A stretch of DNA of 64,000 nucleotides from Gemmatimonadota bacterium (GTDB lineage Bacteria > Gemmatimonadota > Gemmatimonadetes > Palauibacterales > Palauibacteraceae): NCBI GenBank assembly GCA_963666735.1, contig OY762926.1, positions 3,552,001 through 3,616,000 of the forward strand, read 5' to 3'. The position numbers were made by a program, and so were the translations under genes. Each line of letters starts with the position of its first letter. Positions within the stretch are counted from its first letter, which is position 1. The notes beneath the pieces were generated by a model that worked only from the letters and a program-made list of their open reading frames with translations, had not been told where the DNA came from and ran no database searches. Positions 44,679 to 54,693 of this stretch are shown here, piece after piece.

Positions 44679-46439
44679 ATGACCCGTCGATTGTCAAGAA
44701 GATCGCCGAGAAGATCATCGAGAACGCCCTTCGGGGCGTGTCTTCATTGGGCCGGTCCGGTGCTCGCGGCGCTCGTTCTGCACGGCTGCGCGTTCACGCA
44801 GCGTCCACCCGATGCCGGCCCGGCGCCGGAGACCGTGAACGTCGAACCGGGGGCGCTCGATACCGGCGCGGCGGATCCATCCGAAGCGATCGCGGCGATG
44901 GGGGACGCTGCGGCGCCGGGCGACGCGCCGGTGCCGGGCGACGAGCTGATGCCGGGCGAGCCGGTCGTGCCGGATCCGGCGGACGAAACGGTCGCGGGGC
45001 CGACGGCGGCGGAGATCGATCGAGCGATCCGCGAGATGCTCGGCGGCGACCCGATGGGCCTCGTCCACAAAAGCGAGGATGCGCGCGTTTTCAGGCTCGA
45101 GATGAACGAGCGCGTCGCGTCGTGGGTCCACTACTTCCAGACCGCCATCGGCGAACGCTTCGCGACCTACCTCGGCCGCAAGATCCGCTACGAGGCCATG
45201 ATTCGCCGGAAGCTGCGCGAGGCGGGGCTGCCGCAGGACCTCATCTACCTTTCGCTCATCGAGAGCGGGATGAACCCCAACGCCTACAGCCGTGCGAGCG
45301 CCGTGGGCCTGTGGCAGTTCATCGCGGGCACGGGGCGCCAGTACGGCCTCGAAATATCCTACTGGATGGATGAACGGAGAGACCCGGAGAAGGCGACGGA
45401 CGCCGCGGTCCGTCACCTCAAGGATCTCTACGACGAGTTCGGTTCCTGGTACCTCGCGGCGGCGGGCTACAACGGAGGGCCGAACCGGGTCCGCCGCGGC
45501 CTTCGCACCGTGCCGGGCGCGACCTTCTGGGATCTCGCCGACCGCCGTCTGCTGCGCCGCGAGACGCGCGACTACGTGCCGAAGATCATCGCGGCGGCCA
45601 TGATCGGACACGATCCCGCGCGCTACGGGTTCCCGGATCCGGAGGGAGAGACGATCCCGGAGCATGTGACAGTCCGCGTGCCCGACGCGACGAGCTTCGA
45701 TGTCCTGGCCGAGGTCGCCGGGACCGACGAGGAGACGATCAACCTCCTCAACCCCGAGTTTCCGCGCGACGTGACCCCGCCGCACCGGGAGGTCGAGGTT
45801 CGGGTCCCGGTCGAGGGGGCCGCCCGGTTCGCGGCGCGGTATGCCGCCGTGCCGGCGGATGAGCGGGTGACGTGGACGTTCCACACGGTCCAGAGCGGTC
45901 ACACGCTGGGGTGGATCGGACAGCAGTACGGGGTGTCGGTGGCGGCGCTGCGCGCGGCGAACGGCAACCTGAACCCGCGTCGCCTGCAGATCGGCCAGCA
46001 ACTCGTGGTGCCCCGGTCGGCGCGAGCCTCCGGCGCCACGATCGCCAGGAGTTCGAACGCTAGCCCCCTCACCGCGCGGACGAATGCCGAGGGGACGACG
46101 GTCGTCACGGTGCAGCGCGGGCAGACGCTGGACGTGATCGCGCAGCGATACGGCGTGTCGGTGGCTGCGTTGCGGGCCGCGAACGGCAACGTAAACCCGC
46201 GTCGCCTGCAGATCGGCCAGGAGCTGCTGATTCCGGGCGCCGGCCGGCGGGCGCCCGGAACGGGGTCGGCCGGGTCCGCGAGCAACGGCGCTGGACCCGT
46301 GACGATCGTGGTCCGGCCGGGCGACTCGCTATGGCTGATCGCCCGCCGACACTCGGTATCGACGCGCGACCTCATCGAATGGAATCGCCTCTCCTCGACC
46401 CGGATCCATCCCGGCGACCGGCTCGAGATTCGGCGCTGA
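44679..46439 (+). CDS. mltD: Lytic murein transglycosylase (MltD-like) with LysM repeats
   Basis: Lipobox LHGC; LIESG, AVGLWQF, AAGYNGG, ETRDYVPK; three LysM domains. Confidence 0.88.
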   Translation: MTRRLSRRSPRRSSRTPFGACLHWAGPVLAALVLHGCAFTQRPPDAGPAPETVNVEPGALDTGAADPSEAIAAMGDAAAPGDAPVPGDELMPGEPVVPDPADETVAGPTAAEIDRAIREMLGGDPMGLVHKSEDARVFRLEMNERVASWVHYFQTAIGERFATYLGRKIRYEAMIRRKLREAGLPQDLIYLSLIESGMNPNAYSRASAVGLWQFIAGTGRQYGLEISYWMDERRDPEKATDAAVRHLKDLYDEFGSWYLAAAGYNGGPNRVRRGLRTVPGATFWDLADRRLLRRETRDYVPKIIAAAMIGHDPARYGFPDPEGETIPEHVTVRVPDATSFDVLAEVAGTDEETINLLNPEFPRDVTPPHREVEVRVPVEGAARFAARYAAVPADERVTWTFHTVQSGHTLGWIGQQYGVSVAALRAANGNLNPRRLQIGQQLVVPRSARASGATIARSSNASPLTARTNAEGTTVVTVQRGQTLDVIAQRYGVSVAALRAANGNVNPRRLQIGQELLIPGAGRRAPGTGSAGSASNGAGPVTIVVRPGDSLWLIARRHSVSTRDLIEWNRLSSTRIHPGDRLEIRR

Positions 46440-47795
46440 GGTGCCGCGCGGCGGGCCGGAAAGCGGATAGAGGGTCGCACCGCCCGCCTCCCGATGCTCT
46501 CCACGCTCCCCGGGCTGTCTCGTCAGGCCGTTACGCGTATCGACGATGATCCGTGCCTTCTCGAGCACGAGACCGTAGTCCACCTGCGGGTGATCCGTGA
46601 TGACGACCGTCGCGTGGCTCGATGCGAGCAGTTCCGCCGTCAGGGGCTGCGATTCGAGGTCTCCGCCCTCCGGCGCGAGCCTCGGCACGAACGGATCGTG
46701 GTATGAGACCTCGGCGCCCTGCCGGCGCAGGAGTTCGATGACGTCGAGCGCCGGACTCTCGCGGACATCGCCGACTCCCGGCTTGTAGGCGACGCCCAGC
46801 AGCAGGACGCGGCTGCCGTTGAGCGGCAGTCGATGCCGGTTGAGCGCCTGCGCGACGCGATCCACGACGTAGCGCGGCATCTCCGCGTTGACCTCGGCGG
46901 CGAGTTCGATGAAGCGGGTTCGGTACTGGAGCGTCCGCATCTTCCAGGCGAGGTATTGCGGGTCGATCGGGAGGCAGTGGCCGCCCAGGCCGGGGCCGGG
47001 CGTGAAACGCATGAAGCCGTAGGGCTTCGTCGCCGCGGCCTCGACGGCCTCGCCGATGTCGATCCCCAGACGATCCGCGATGACCGCCATCTCGTTCACG
47101 AGACCGATGTTCACGGCGCGGAAGGTGTTCTCGAGCAGCTTCGTGAGTTCCGCGACCTCGGGCGACGAAACGCTCACGACCTCGTCGATGACCCGTTCAT
47201 AGAGGCGGGCGGCGAGTTCGCGGCACGAGGCGGTGAGTCCGCCCACGACCTTCGCCGTGTTCGTGAACGTGTAGACGGGGTTGCCGGGGTCGACGCGCTC
47301 GGGGCTGAAGGCGAGGAAGAACTCCTTTCCCGCCGTGAGTCCGCCCTGTTCGAGTTCGGGCTGCAGAAGCTCCCGGGTCGTGCCCGGATAGGTGGTCGAC
47401 TCGAGGACGATGAGTTGGCCGGGCCGGAGGCCGTCTCGGATGTGTCCGAGGGCGTCGAGAATATGGGATACGTCGGGATCCCCGGTCTTCCCGAGCGGCG
47501 TGGGGACGCAGATGATGACGGCGTCCATCTCGCCGAGCCGGCCGAAGTCCGTGGTCGCGTCGAGGAGGCCGCTCTCGACGGCGGCGGCGACGGCCCGCGC
47601 CGGCACATCGCCGATGTGGGATTCGCCGCGCCTCACCCGGTGCACGACCCGATCGTCGATGTCGAACCCCAGCGTCCGGAAGCCGGCGCCCGAGAACGCC
47701 GTGACGACGGGAAGACCGACATAGCCGAGCCCGAGTACGCCCACCCGGGCCGTGCCCGACTCGATCTTCTTCCGGAGCGTTTCTCCGTGGTTCAC
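46329..47795 (-). CDS. UDP-N-acetylhexosamine dehydrogenase (WbpO/WecC family)
   Basis: GLGYVG, CVPTP, ESTTYPGTT, SPERVDPG, KLLENTFR, GPGLGGHCLP, AYKPGVGDVRESP; GTG start 47795. Confidence 0.9.
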   Translation of the reverse strand: MNHGETLRKKIESGTARVGVLGLGYVGLPVVTAFSGAGFRTLGFDIDDRVVHRVRRGESHIGDVPARAVAAAVESGLLDATTDFGRLGEMDAVIICVPTPLGKTGDPDVSHILDALGHIRDGLRPGQLIVLESTTYPGTTRELLQPELEQGGLTAGKEFFLAFSPERVDPGNPVYTFTNTAKVVGGLTASCRELAARLYERVIDEVVSVSSPEVAELTKLLENTFRAVNIGLVNEMAVIADRLGIDIGEAVEAAATKPYGFMRFTPGPGLGGHCLPIDPQYLAWKMRTLQYRTRFIELAAEVNAEMPRYVVDRVAQALNRHRLPLNGSRVLLLGVAYKPGVGDVRESPALDVIELLRRQGAEVSYHDPFVPRLAPEGGDLESQPLTAELLASSHATVVITDHPQVDYGLVLEKARIIVDTRNGLTRQPGERGEHREAGGATLYPLSGPPRGTSAPNLEPVAGMDPGRGEAIPFDEVARRYRVSAGDQP

Positions 47796-47832
47796 GGCGT
47801 CCCCCGAATCCCCTGTACTCCCCGTAGCGGCG

Positions 47833-48333
47833 TCACTTCGCGTCCGCCGTCCAGGCGCCCGATCGTCCCCCGCGCTTCTCGAGGAGTCGAATCGGTCCCA
47901 GCACCATGCCCCGGTCGATCGCCTTGCACATGTCGTACAGGGCGAGCAGGCCCGCCGCGACGCCGGCCATCGCCTCCATCTCGACGCCCGTGCGCCACTC
48001 CGCCGAGGCCCGCACGCTGAGCCGGTAGGCGGGCGGCGACTCCTCGGCCTCGAGGTCGACATCGACCGCGTCGAGGGGGATCGGATGGCAGAGCGGGATG
48101 AGCGCGGACGCCGCCTTGGCCCCCTGGATCGCCGCAAGGCGCGCCACGACGAGCGCCTCTCCCTTCTCGACCTCGCCCTCCCGGATGGCATCGAGCGTCG
48201 CGCGGCGCATTCGGATCCGGCCCTCGGCCACGGCCACGCGTCGCGTGAGAGGTTTCTCTCCCACGTCGACCATTCGCACCCGCCCGTCCGGGTCCAGATG
48301 TGTGAGTCCGTCCACGAAGCTGCCTCCCGTCAC
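47833..48333 (-). CDS. moaC: Cyclic pyranopterin monophosphate synthase
   Basis: LTHLD..G.VRMVDV, LIPLCHP, TGVEMEA, YDMCKAID, LLEKRGGRSG. Confidence 0.93.
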   Translation of the reverse strand: MTGGSFVDGLTHLDPDGRVRMVDVGEKPLTRRVAVAEGRIRMRRATLDAIREGEVEKGEALVVARLAAIQGAKAASALIPLCHPIPLDAVDVDLEAEESPPAYRLSVRASAEWRTGVEMEAMAGVAAGLLALYDMCKAIDRGMVLGPIRLLEKRGGRSGAWTADAK

Positions 48334-49568
48334 AGACTTCTCAGTACCCCCGCAAACTGCGGTGTTCCCGCCGTCCGGCCAGTGGAGCGACCGGCGAAGG
48401 CCGCGCTCATCTCCTCCAGCAGAAGGGCCGTCGTCGCCTGCGGATTCAGGTTGCGGCCCACCCCTTCCATGGCCGCATCGACGGCCCCGAGGGCTTCGAG
48501 CACCGCGCCTTCCGCCGGCCCGCCGCCCGCCCCGGGGGCGCCCGGGCTTCCCGCTCCGCCGGACCCCTTCCTGCGATCCTTCCTGCGATCCGGGTCGAGC
48601 GCCGCATCGGCCGCTCCCGCGGCGACGCAGAGCATGTCCCGAAGGCGGATGCGCAGCGCCTCGAGTGCCGGTTCCAACTCTCCCCGCGCGCCACGGGCGG
48701 AGAAGCGGGACGCGGCGCGATAGCGCGCCTGGGGCGTGCCGTCGAGGGCGGCGGCGAGCAGACCGTCCGCGGCCGCCCCGGATTCGCCGGCCCCGGACTC
48801 GCCGCCCTCGGAGTGGACGAGCGCGCGTGCTCGGTAGACGGCGCCGCCGGCCCGCCGTGCCACCCCCCGCGCCCGGTCGGCGTCGCGAACGCCGAGGTGT
48901 TCCGTTACGTAGGCCGCCACGCGTTCGGTCGGCAGCGGGGCGATGCGGAGCGGCACCGTGCGGGACCGGATCGTCGGCAGAAGGGCGTCCGGACGGCCGC
49001 TCGTGAGCACGATATACGCGAACGGCGGCGGTTCCTCCAGAAGCTTGAGAAAGGCGTTCGCCGCCTCGGGGCTGGCGCTCTGCGGCACCATCCGTTCCGC
49101 ATCCTCGATCACGAACACCGACTTGCGCGCCATCGACGGACGCCGGGACGCCTGGTCCCGGATGTTCTCCACGGCGGCCACATAGAGTCCCGTGACCGCG
49201 TCCGGGTCCAGGCGCGCATGGAGATCCTCCCGCAGGAGCGCGAGACGCTCGTGCCGCTGCGCCTCGATGGCCTCCCGCAGCTTGGCCCGCGAGGCGGCCC
49301 GCTTCGGGCGCGGCATCGGAAAATGGACGTGGATGTCCGGGTGCTCCAGCCGCGCCGCCATGCGGCAGTTGCGGCACGCTTCGCAGGGCACCTCCGCGGT
49401 CTCCACGGCCTCGCACTGGAGCGCGCGCGCGATCCACAGGGCAAGCGAGCGCTTGCCGACGCCCTCCGGGCCGTGGACGAGGAGCGACTGCGGCAGTCGC
49501 CGGCCCGCGACGGCGCCGGCCATGCGTCGCAGGACGTCTTCCTGTCCCCAGGGACGCTCGCCCGTCAC
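48330..49568 (-). CDS. holB: DNA polymerase III subunit delta'
   Basis: GPEGVGK, CEACRNC, HPDIH, AANAFLKLLEEPP, LLPTIRSR. Confidence 0.88.
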   Translation of the reverse strand: MTGERPWGQEDVLRRMAGAVAGRRLPQSLLVHGPEGVGKRSLALWIARALQCEAVETAEVPCEACRNCRMAARLEHPDIHVHFPMPRPKRAASRAKLREAIEAQRHERLALLREDLHARLDPDAVTGLYVAAVENIRDQASRRPSMARKSVFVIEDAERMVPQSASPEAANAFLKLLEEPPPFAYIVLTSGRPDALLPTIRSRTVPLRIAPLPTERVAAYVTEHLGVRDADRARGVARRAGGAVYRARALVHSEGGESGAGESGAAADGLLAAALDGTPQARYRAASRFSARGARGELEPALEALRIRLRDMLCVAAGAADAALDPDRRKDRRKGSGGAGSPGAPGAGGGPAEGAVLEALGAVDAAMEGVGRNLNPQATTALLLEEMSAAFAGRSTGRTAGTPQFAGVLRSL

Positions 49569-50806
49569 CGGCGACCCCTCAGCCACCGGACCGGATCCAC
49601 CGCGCGGGGTCCCACCGCCCCCGGCTCGTAGATCTGGAACTCGATGTGCGGCCGGGTCGTGTCACCGCCCACGTGCCCGATCGCCTGTCCCTCGCCGACC
49701 GGCTGCCCCTCGCGGACCGTGACGTCCAGGAGCTTCTGATAGGACGAGTAGAAACCTCCTCCGTGGTCGAGGATCACCGTCTGTCCCGAGGCGCGGGCCG
49801 CCACGGAGGCGACGGTGCCGCGATCCACCGCGTTCACGGGCGTGCCGCGCGGCGCCGCGATCCCGATCCCCTCGCGCGGGATCGTCGTGCGTCCCTCCCG
49901 CTCAGGCCCGTAGCGCCAGAGGATCTCCCCCTCGACCGGCCAGGCGAGACTCCCGAGATCCCCCGTCGTCAAGGATGAGACCGACGCCGCGCCCGCCTCG
50001 CGTTCCGCCGAGCGGCGTCGTTCTTCGAGCCCCCCGATGAGCGCGCGCAGTTCGGCCTCTTCCCTCGCCAGCCGGGCCAGCGTCGACCGCGCATCGTCGC
50101 GGCGGCCGGCGAATTGCCGCAGCCGCGCCTGTCGCTGCCGCTCCAACCCCGCCAACTCGTCGTATTCCCGGAGGTTCTCCGCCCGCACGCGGGCGATTCG
50201 GTCGCTTTCCCGACTCAATCCGCCGCGCAGATCCGCGAGCGTGTCCTCGAGCTTCTTCACGTCATCGAGGAGTATGCGGTCGAAGACGGCGATGTCGCGC
50301 AGATACCGGTAGCGATTGAGCAGGTCCGAGAACGACCGCGCGGAGAGGAGCACCTCGACGGCGCGGAGGGGGCCGCGCTTGTAGATGTCGCGGAGCCGTC
50401 CCCGCAGCACGGCCTGGCGCGCCGTGAGGTCGTCGCGCGTGAGCAGCATCTGTCGCGTCATCGTCGTCAACCGCTCCGATAGCGCGCGCAGTTGAACGTC
50501 GAACTCCGCCAGGAGACTCGACGAGGCGGCGATCTGTCGTTCGATGTTCAGGAGTTCGGCCGAATCGCCGCTGACCCGGCCGGCGATCCCCTCGAGTTCC
50601 CGCCGCAGCCGCTGTCGTTCCTCGCGGATGAGATCGAGCCGCGCCTGGCTCTCGTCGAGGCGCCGCCGCACATCCGGCGACTCCTGCGCGGTCGCGGGCG
50701 CGGTCCACGCCGGGCTCGCCGCGGCGGCGACGGTCGCGGCCGCCACGAGCCGCGCCGTCCAGGCGCGACCTCGCGCGCCCCCGGTCGCGCGGTCAGGACG
50801 GGCCAT
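49565..50806 (-). CDS. envC: Murein hydrolase activator EnvC-like (coiled coil + degenerate M23)
   Basis: Signal peptide, long coiled coil, WPVEG..GIGIAAPRGTPV..ILDHGGG; follows ftsX. Confidence 0.8.
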   Translation of the reverse strand: MARPDRATGGARGRAWTARLVAAATVAAAASPAWTAPATAQESPDVRRRLDESQARLDLIREERQRLRRELEGIAGRVSGDSAELLNIERQIAASSSLLAEFDVQLRALSERLTTMTRQMLLTRDDLTARQAVLRGRLRDIYKRGPLRAVEVLLSARSFSDLLNRYRYLRDIAVFDRILLDDVKKLEDTLADLRGGLSRESDRIARVRAENLREYDELAGLERQRQARLRQFAGRRDDARSTLARLAREEAELRALIGGLEERRRSAEREAGAASVSSLTTGDLGSLAWPVEGEILWRYGPEREGRTTIPREGIGIAAPRGTPVNAVDRGTVASVAARASGQTVILDHGGGFYSSYQKLLDVTVREGQPVGEGQAIGHVGGDTTRPHIEFQIYEPGAVGPRAVDPVRWLRGRR

Positions 50807-51668
50807 ACGCCCGTCCCACCTCACGGTGCACGGAGAAGGCGGCGGCGAGCAGGCCGAGCGCGGCGGCGGTCGCGACGCCGGCCGCGGTCCAGAGGTGCGG
50901 GAGCCACGCGAGAGATTCGAGGGCCGCGAAACGCGCCGGGAAGACGACGTACGCGAGTCGCGTGACGCCGAGCGCGAGCAGTCCGCCCGCGAGCCCGGTG
51001 ACCGCGCCCTCGAGGAGGAAAGGCCGCTGGATGTAGCCTTCGCGCGCGCCCACGATCTGCATGATCTCGATCTCTTCGCCGCGCGCGAGGATGGCCATGC
51101 GCACCGTCGTGACGATGAGCAGCATCGCGACCAGCGCGAACCCGCCGCCCAGGGCGAGGGCGATTCCCGTCGCCGCGCTGCGCAGGGTGAAGAGCCGCTC
51201 CACCCACTCATCCCCGAACCGCGCCTCCTCGATGAACGGATACGCCGCGAGCAGGCCCGCGGTCTCCGACACCGCTTCCGGAGTTCGGAATCCCTCCCGG
51301 AGCCTGAGGTGAAACGAGGCGGGAAGCGGGTTCACCAGCAGTTCCCCGTAGACGTTCGAGAACTCGACGAGATCGCGCCGCGCCCGCTCCAGCGCCTCGT
51401 CCTTCGAGACGTAGCGCACCGACTCCACCGCCGGCAGCGCCTCCAACTCCCGCCGGGCGGCCCGCACCTGTTCCGAGCCGGCGTCATCGAGCAGGTAGCC
51501 GACGACCTCCACGCGGCGTTCCACGTCGCCGATCGCGCCGCCGATGTTGTGCGCAACGAGCCCGAAGAGGCCGAGGATCACGAGGCTGAGCCCGATCGCT
51601 CCGATCGAGAGGGCGCACAGCAGGGGGGTGCGCCGGAAGCCGGCGAGCGCTTCGCGCAGGGCTCTCAC
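50793..51668 (-). CDS. ftsX: Cell division permease FtsX
   Basis: YVSKDEAL, NPLPAS, EIEIMQIVGA..YIQRPFLLEG; four TM segments. Confidence 0.9.
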   Translation of the reverse strand: MRALREALAGFRRTPLLCALSIGAIGLSLVILGLFGLVAHNIGGAIGDVERRVEVVGYLLDDAGSEQVRAARRELEALPAVESVRYVSKDEALERARRDLVEFSNVYGELLVNPLPASFHLRLREGFRTPEAVSETAGLLAAYPFIEEARFGDEWVERLFTLRSAATGIALALGGGFALVAMLLIVTTVRMAILARGEEIEIMQIVGAREGYIQRPFLLEGAVTGLAGGLLALGVTRLAYVVFPARFAALESLAWLPHLWTAAGVATAAALGLLAAAFSVHREVGRAYGPS

Positions 51669-52333
51669 GCGGCGGAATCTCGGACGAGTCGCCCGTCCTC
51701 CAGTTCGATTCGACGGATCTCCGGATGCCGGCGCACGAAGTCCGCGTCGTGCGTGGCCATGAGCACGGCCGTCCCGAGGCGGTTCAGCATCCGGAACAGC
51801 TCGAACACCCCGCCCGCGGCGCCGGGATCGAGGTTGCCCGTCGGCTCGTCCGCTAGGAGGATCCGAGGTTCCGTGGCGAGGGCGCGCGCCACCGCCACGC
51901 GCTGCCGCTCCCCACCCGACAGCTCCGATGGTCTCGAGCGGGCGCGGGCGGCGAGACCGACCTGGCTCAGCAGCCGCTGGACGCGCCCCGCGATCTCGCG
52001 TCGCGGCGTCCCGATGACCTCGAGCGCGAAGGCCACGTTTTCCGCGGCGGTCAGCCGTTCCAGCAGCTTGAAGTCCTGAAACACGAACCCCACCCGCCGC
52101 CGCAGCGCGGGGATGTCCCGGCGGCGGACCCGCCCCGAGCGGTAGCGCGAGACCTGAACCTCGCCTTCGGTCGGCCGGGTCTGGAAATGGATCAGTTCGA
52201 GCACCGTCGACTTGCCCGCCCCCGACGGCCCGGTGAGGAAGGCGAACTCTCCCTTCCGGAGACGGAACGAAACTTCCCGCAGCGCGTCTCCGGAGCGCGG
52301 GTATGCCTTCGAGACCTTCCTGAGCGAGATCAT
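51665..52333 (-). CDS. ftsE: Cell division ATP-binding protein FtsE
   Basis: GPSGAGKST, VFQDFKLL, LSGGE.QR, LADEPTGNLD. Confidence 0.93.
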   Translation of the reverse strand: MISLRKVSKAYPRSGDALREVSFRLRKGEFAFLTGPSGAGKSTVLELIHFQTRPTEGEVQVSRYRSGRVRRRDIPALRRRVGFVFQDFKLLERLTAAENVAFALEVIGTPRREIAGRVQRLLSQVGLAARARSRPSELSGGERQRVAVARALATEPRILLADEPTGNLDPGAAGGVFELFRMLNRLGTAVLMATHDADFVRRHPEIRRIELEDGRLVRDSAA

Positions 52334-53286
52334 CTCGCGACGGCCCGCGCCGTGCAGAACCGGGCACAGAGGTCGATCGCGGCGCGCATGGCCCCCGGGT
52401 CCGCGATCCCGCGCCCCGCGATATCCATGGCCGTGCCGTGATCCGGAGAGGTGCGCGGGAAGGGAAGCCCGGCCGTCACGTTCACGCCTTCGTTCATCGC
52501 GATCGTCTTCAGCACCGCGAGACCCACGTCGTGGTAGGGCGTCACGATGAGGTCCGCTTCCCCCGACAGCGCCTTCAGGAAGACGGTGTCCCCGGGGAAG
52601 ATCCCGAGGATGTCCACCTCGGCGTCGGAAGCGAGCCGGGCGAGCGCCGGCGCGAACACCTCGATCTCTTCGTCGCCGAAGAGCCCGCCCTCGCCCGCGT
52701 GCGGATTGAGCCCCGCAAAGGCGAGGCGGGGCCGTTCGATCCCCCACCAGACGCGCAGGGCTTCGATCGCGATCCGGGATCTGCGCGCGAAGAGATCCGC
52801 GTCGAGCACGGAGGGTACGTCGCGCAGGGGGAGATGCGCGGTGAGGAGCGCCAGGCGCAGGGATCCGCCGAGCGGCGTGCGCTCCGCGGCCATCATCATC
52901 GTGACCTCGTGCGCTCCGGCCAGTTCCTGCAGGAACTCCGTATGCCCCGGGTGCGGGTACCCCGCGGCCCGCAGGGCGGCCTTGCTGATCGGCGCCGTGA
53001 CGATGCCGTCGATCTCTCCCGTCCGCGCCATCGCGACGGCCCGTTCGATGGCGCGCCCCGACAGCATGCCCGCGAGCCTCTCGCCGCCCGCGGGGTCCCA
53101 GTCTCCCACCGTCTCCCGCGGCACCCCTTCCAGGCGGTCCTCCATCTCGCCGAGCGACCGCGGCCCCACGAGGACCGCTTCGAACCCGTCCGCCCCCGAG
53201 GTCGAGGAGAGCGCCGCCGCGGTCACCTCCGGGCCGATCCCGCGCGGATCGCCCAGCGTGATCCCGAGGCGCGGCATGTGGGTCAT
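52330..53286 (-). CDS. pdxA: 4-hydroxythreonine-4-phosphate dehydrogenase
   Basis: GDPRGIGPE, TAPISK, GHTEFL, LNPHAGE, YHDVG, RTSPDHGTA. Confidence 0.94.
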   Translation of the reverse strand: MTHMPRLGITLGDPRGIGPEVTAAALSSTSGADGFEAVLVGPRSLGEMEDRLEGVPRETVGDWDPAGGERLAGMLSGRAIERAVAMARTGEIDGIVTAPISKAALRAAGYPHPGHTEFLQELAGAHEVTMMMAAERTPLGGSLRLALLTAHLPLRDVPSVLDADLFARRSRIAIEALRVWWGIERPRLAFAGLNPHAGEGGLFGDEEIEVFAPALARLASDAEVDILGIFPGDTVFLKALSGEADLIVTPYHDVGLAVLKTIAMNEGVNVTAGLPFPRTSPDHGTAMDIAGRGIADPGAMRAAIDLCARFCTARAVAR

Positions 53287-54692
53287 CCTCCTCGGAATCT
53301 CACATCGATGTACGTGTTGGCACGCACCTCTTCGAGGATGATGTCGATCTGCTTGCGCGTACGGAGGCTCTGCCGGATCTGATCCCGCACGTCGCCGATC
53401 TCGACCGGGCCCTCGGGACGAAACGTCAGGATGTGGACGAGTCCGAACTCGGTGGGACCGCCGCGCTGCATCGGCAGCGGCCCGTACACCATCCCGGCCG
53501 TCGGGGCGGTGAGCCCGGATTCGGCGCCCCCGCCCGTGAACTGGCTGACCAGACTCCCGAGCGGGACATCGTCGAAGCGGATCGCCTCATCGGCCACCTG
53601 TCCACGGAACACGGCCAGGAGTCGTTCGGGGTCGGCCCCCGCCCGCAGGCTGTCCGCGATCTGAATCGCGAGCGTCCGGGCTTCCTCGATGTCTTCGTCC
53701 TTGATTTCGGGGCGCAGGAGGAGGTGGCGCAGAAAACGCTCCGCCCCCCGCTGGCGCTCGACCTTGATGAAGTGGAGTCCGAACTGCGTCTGCACCGGAC
53801 CCACCGTCTGGCCGGGGCGGGCCCCCCAGGCGGCGTCGCCGAACGGTCTCACGAGCAGTTCGCGGTTCATCCAGCCCAACTCGCCGCCCTGCTCTCTGGT
53901 CCCTTCATCGTCGGAATGGCGGCGGGCGAGGACCGAGAACTCCTCCTCGTTCGCGAAGTCGTTCTGGACGCGAATCGTGCGGGCCAGGACGCTGTCCCGC
54001 GCCGCACCGCTTGGCAACGGTGTGACCACGAGCCGGTTGAACGAGACGAGCGCCGGCCGAGGCGGCTGGTTCTGCACGAACTCGTCAAAGGCCGCTTCGA
54101 CCTCCTCCTCGCTGACGATGACGGGCGGCAGGTCGGTGCGTTGCTCGAGTTCGAACCGGTAGGCCTGGCGCATTCCCTCCGCCTGGGCCTGCGAACGGAG
54201 CATCTGGCGGAACTGGAGCATGTTCATGCCCGTCTCTTCCACCGCCAGCATCATCTCATCATCCGAGGAGAACCGGGATCGCCTCTCCGCAAAGATGTCG
54301 TCCGCCATCTGGGTTACGCGATCCTCGGGCACCGTGATTCCCGCGTTCTTCGCCTGCTGGAGATAGATGAGGTCGTCGATCATCGCCTCGAGCACGTCGT
54401 CGGCGAATGCCTTCCATCGATCCGAACCCTCGGGCGGGATCCGGGCGCCGGCACCCTGCAGCTGGTAGAGCGTGATCTGCAGGTCGGAGAACAGGATCGC
54501 CGTGTCGCCGACCACGGCCACGACCCGGTCCAGCGTTTCCACGCCGGCGGGGAACTCCGTCGCGACGACGGTGTCGGGCACCGCGGGTTCGTTCTCCTGA
54601 AGCGCGGAGAGCGGCGCGCTGAGGGCGAGCGCCGCCGCGAGCAGGCAGGCGCCGGCCCGGAAGGCCTTCATTCCAGGATTGATATCGATCAC
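53283..54692 (-). CDS. surA: SurA-like peptidylprolyl isomerase
   Basis: DRVVAVVG, F..LARRHSDD...GGELGW, GPVQTQFGLH parvulin motifs; precedes pdxA. Confidence 0.8.
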   Translation of the reverse strand: MIDINPGMKAFRAGACLLAAALALSAPLSALQENEPAVPDTVVATEFPAGVETLDRVVAVVGDTAILFSDLQITLYQLQGAGARIPPEGSDRWKAFADDVLEAMIDDLIYLQQAKNAGITVPEDRVTQMADDIFAERRSRFSSDDEMMLAVEETGMNMLQFRQMLRSQAQAEGMRQAYRFELEQRTDLPPVIVSEEEVEAAFDEFVQNQPPRPALVSFNRLVVTPLPSGAARDSVLARTIRVQNDFANEEEFSVLARRHSDDEGTREQGGELGWMNRELLVRPFGDAAWGARPGQTVGPVQTQFGLHFIKVERQRGAERFLRHLLLRPEIKDEDIEEARTLAIQIADSLRAGADPERLLAVFRGQVADEAIRFDDVPLGSLVSQFTGGGAESGLTAPTAGMVYGPLPMQRGGPTEFGLVHILTFRPEGPVEIGDVRDQIRQSLRTRKQIDIILEEVRANTYIDVRFRGG

Positions 54693-54693
54693 G

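Noticed and set aside
45890..46230. Internal DNA direct repeat in mltD
   Set aside because: Explained by duplicated LysM domains
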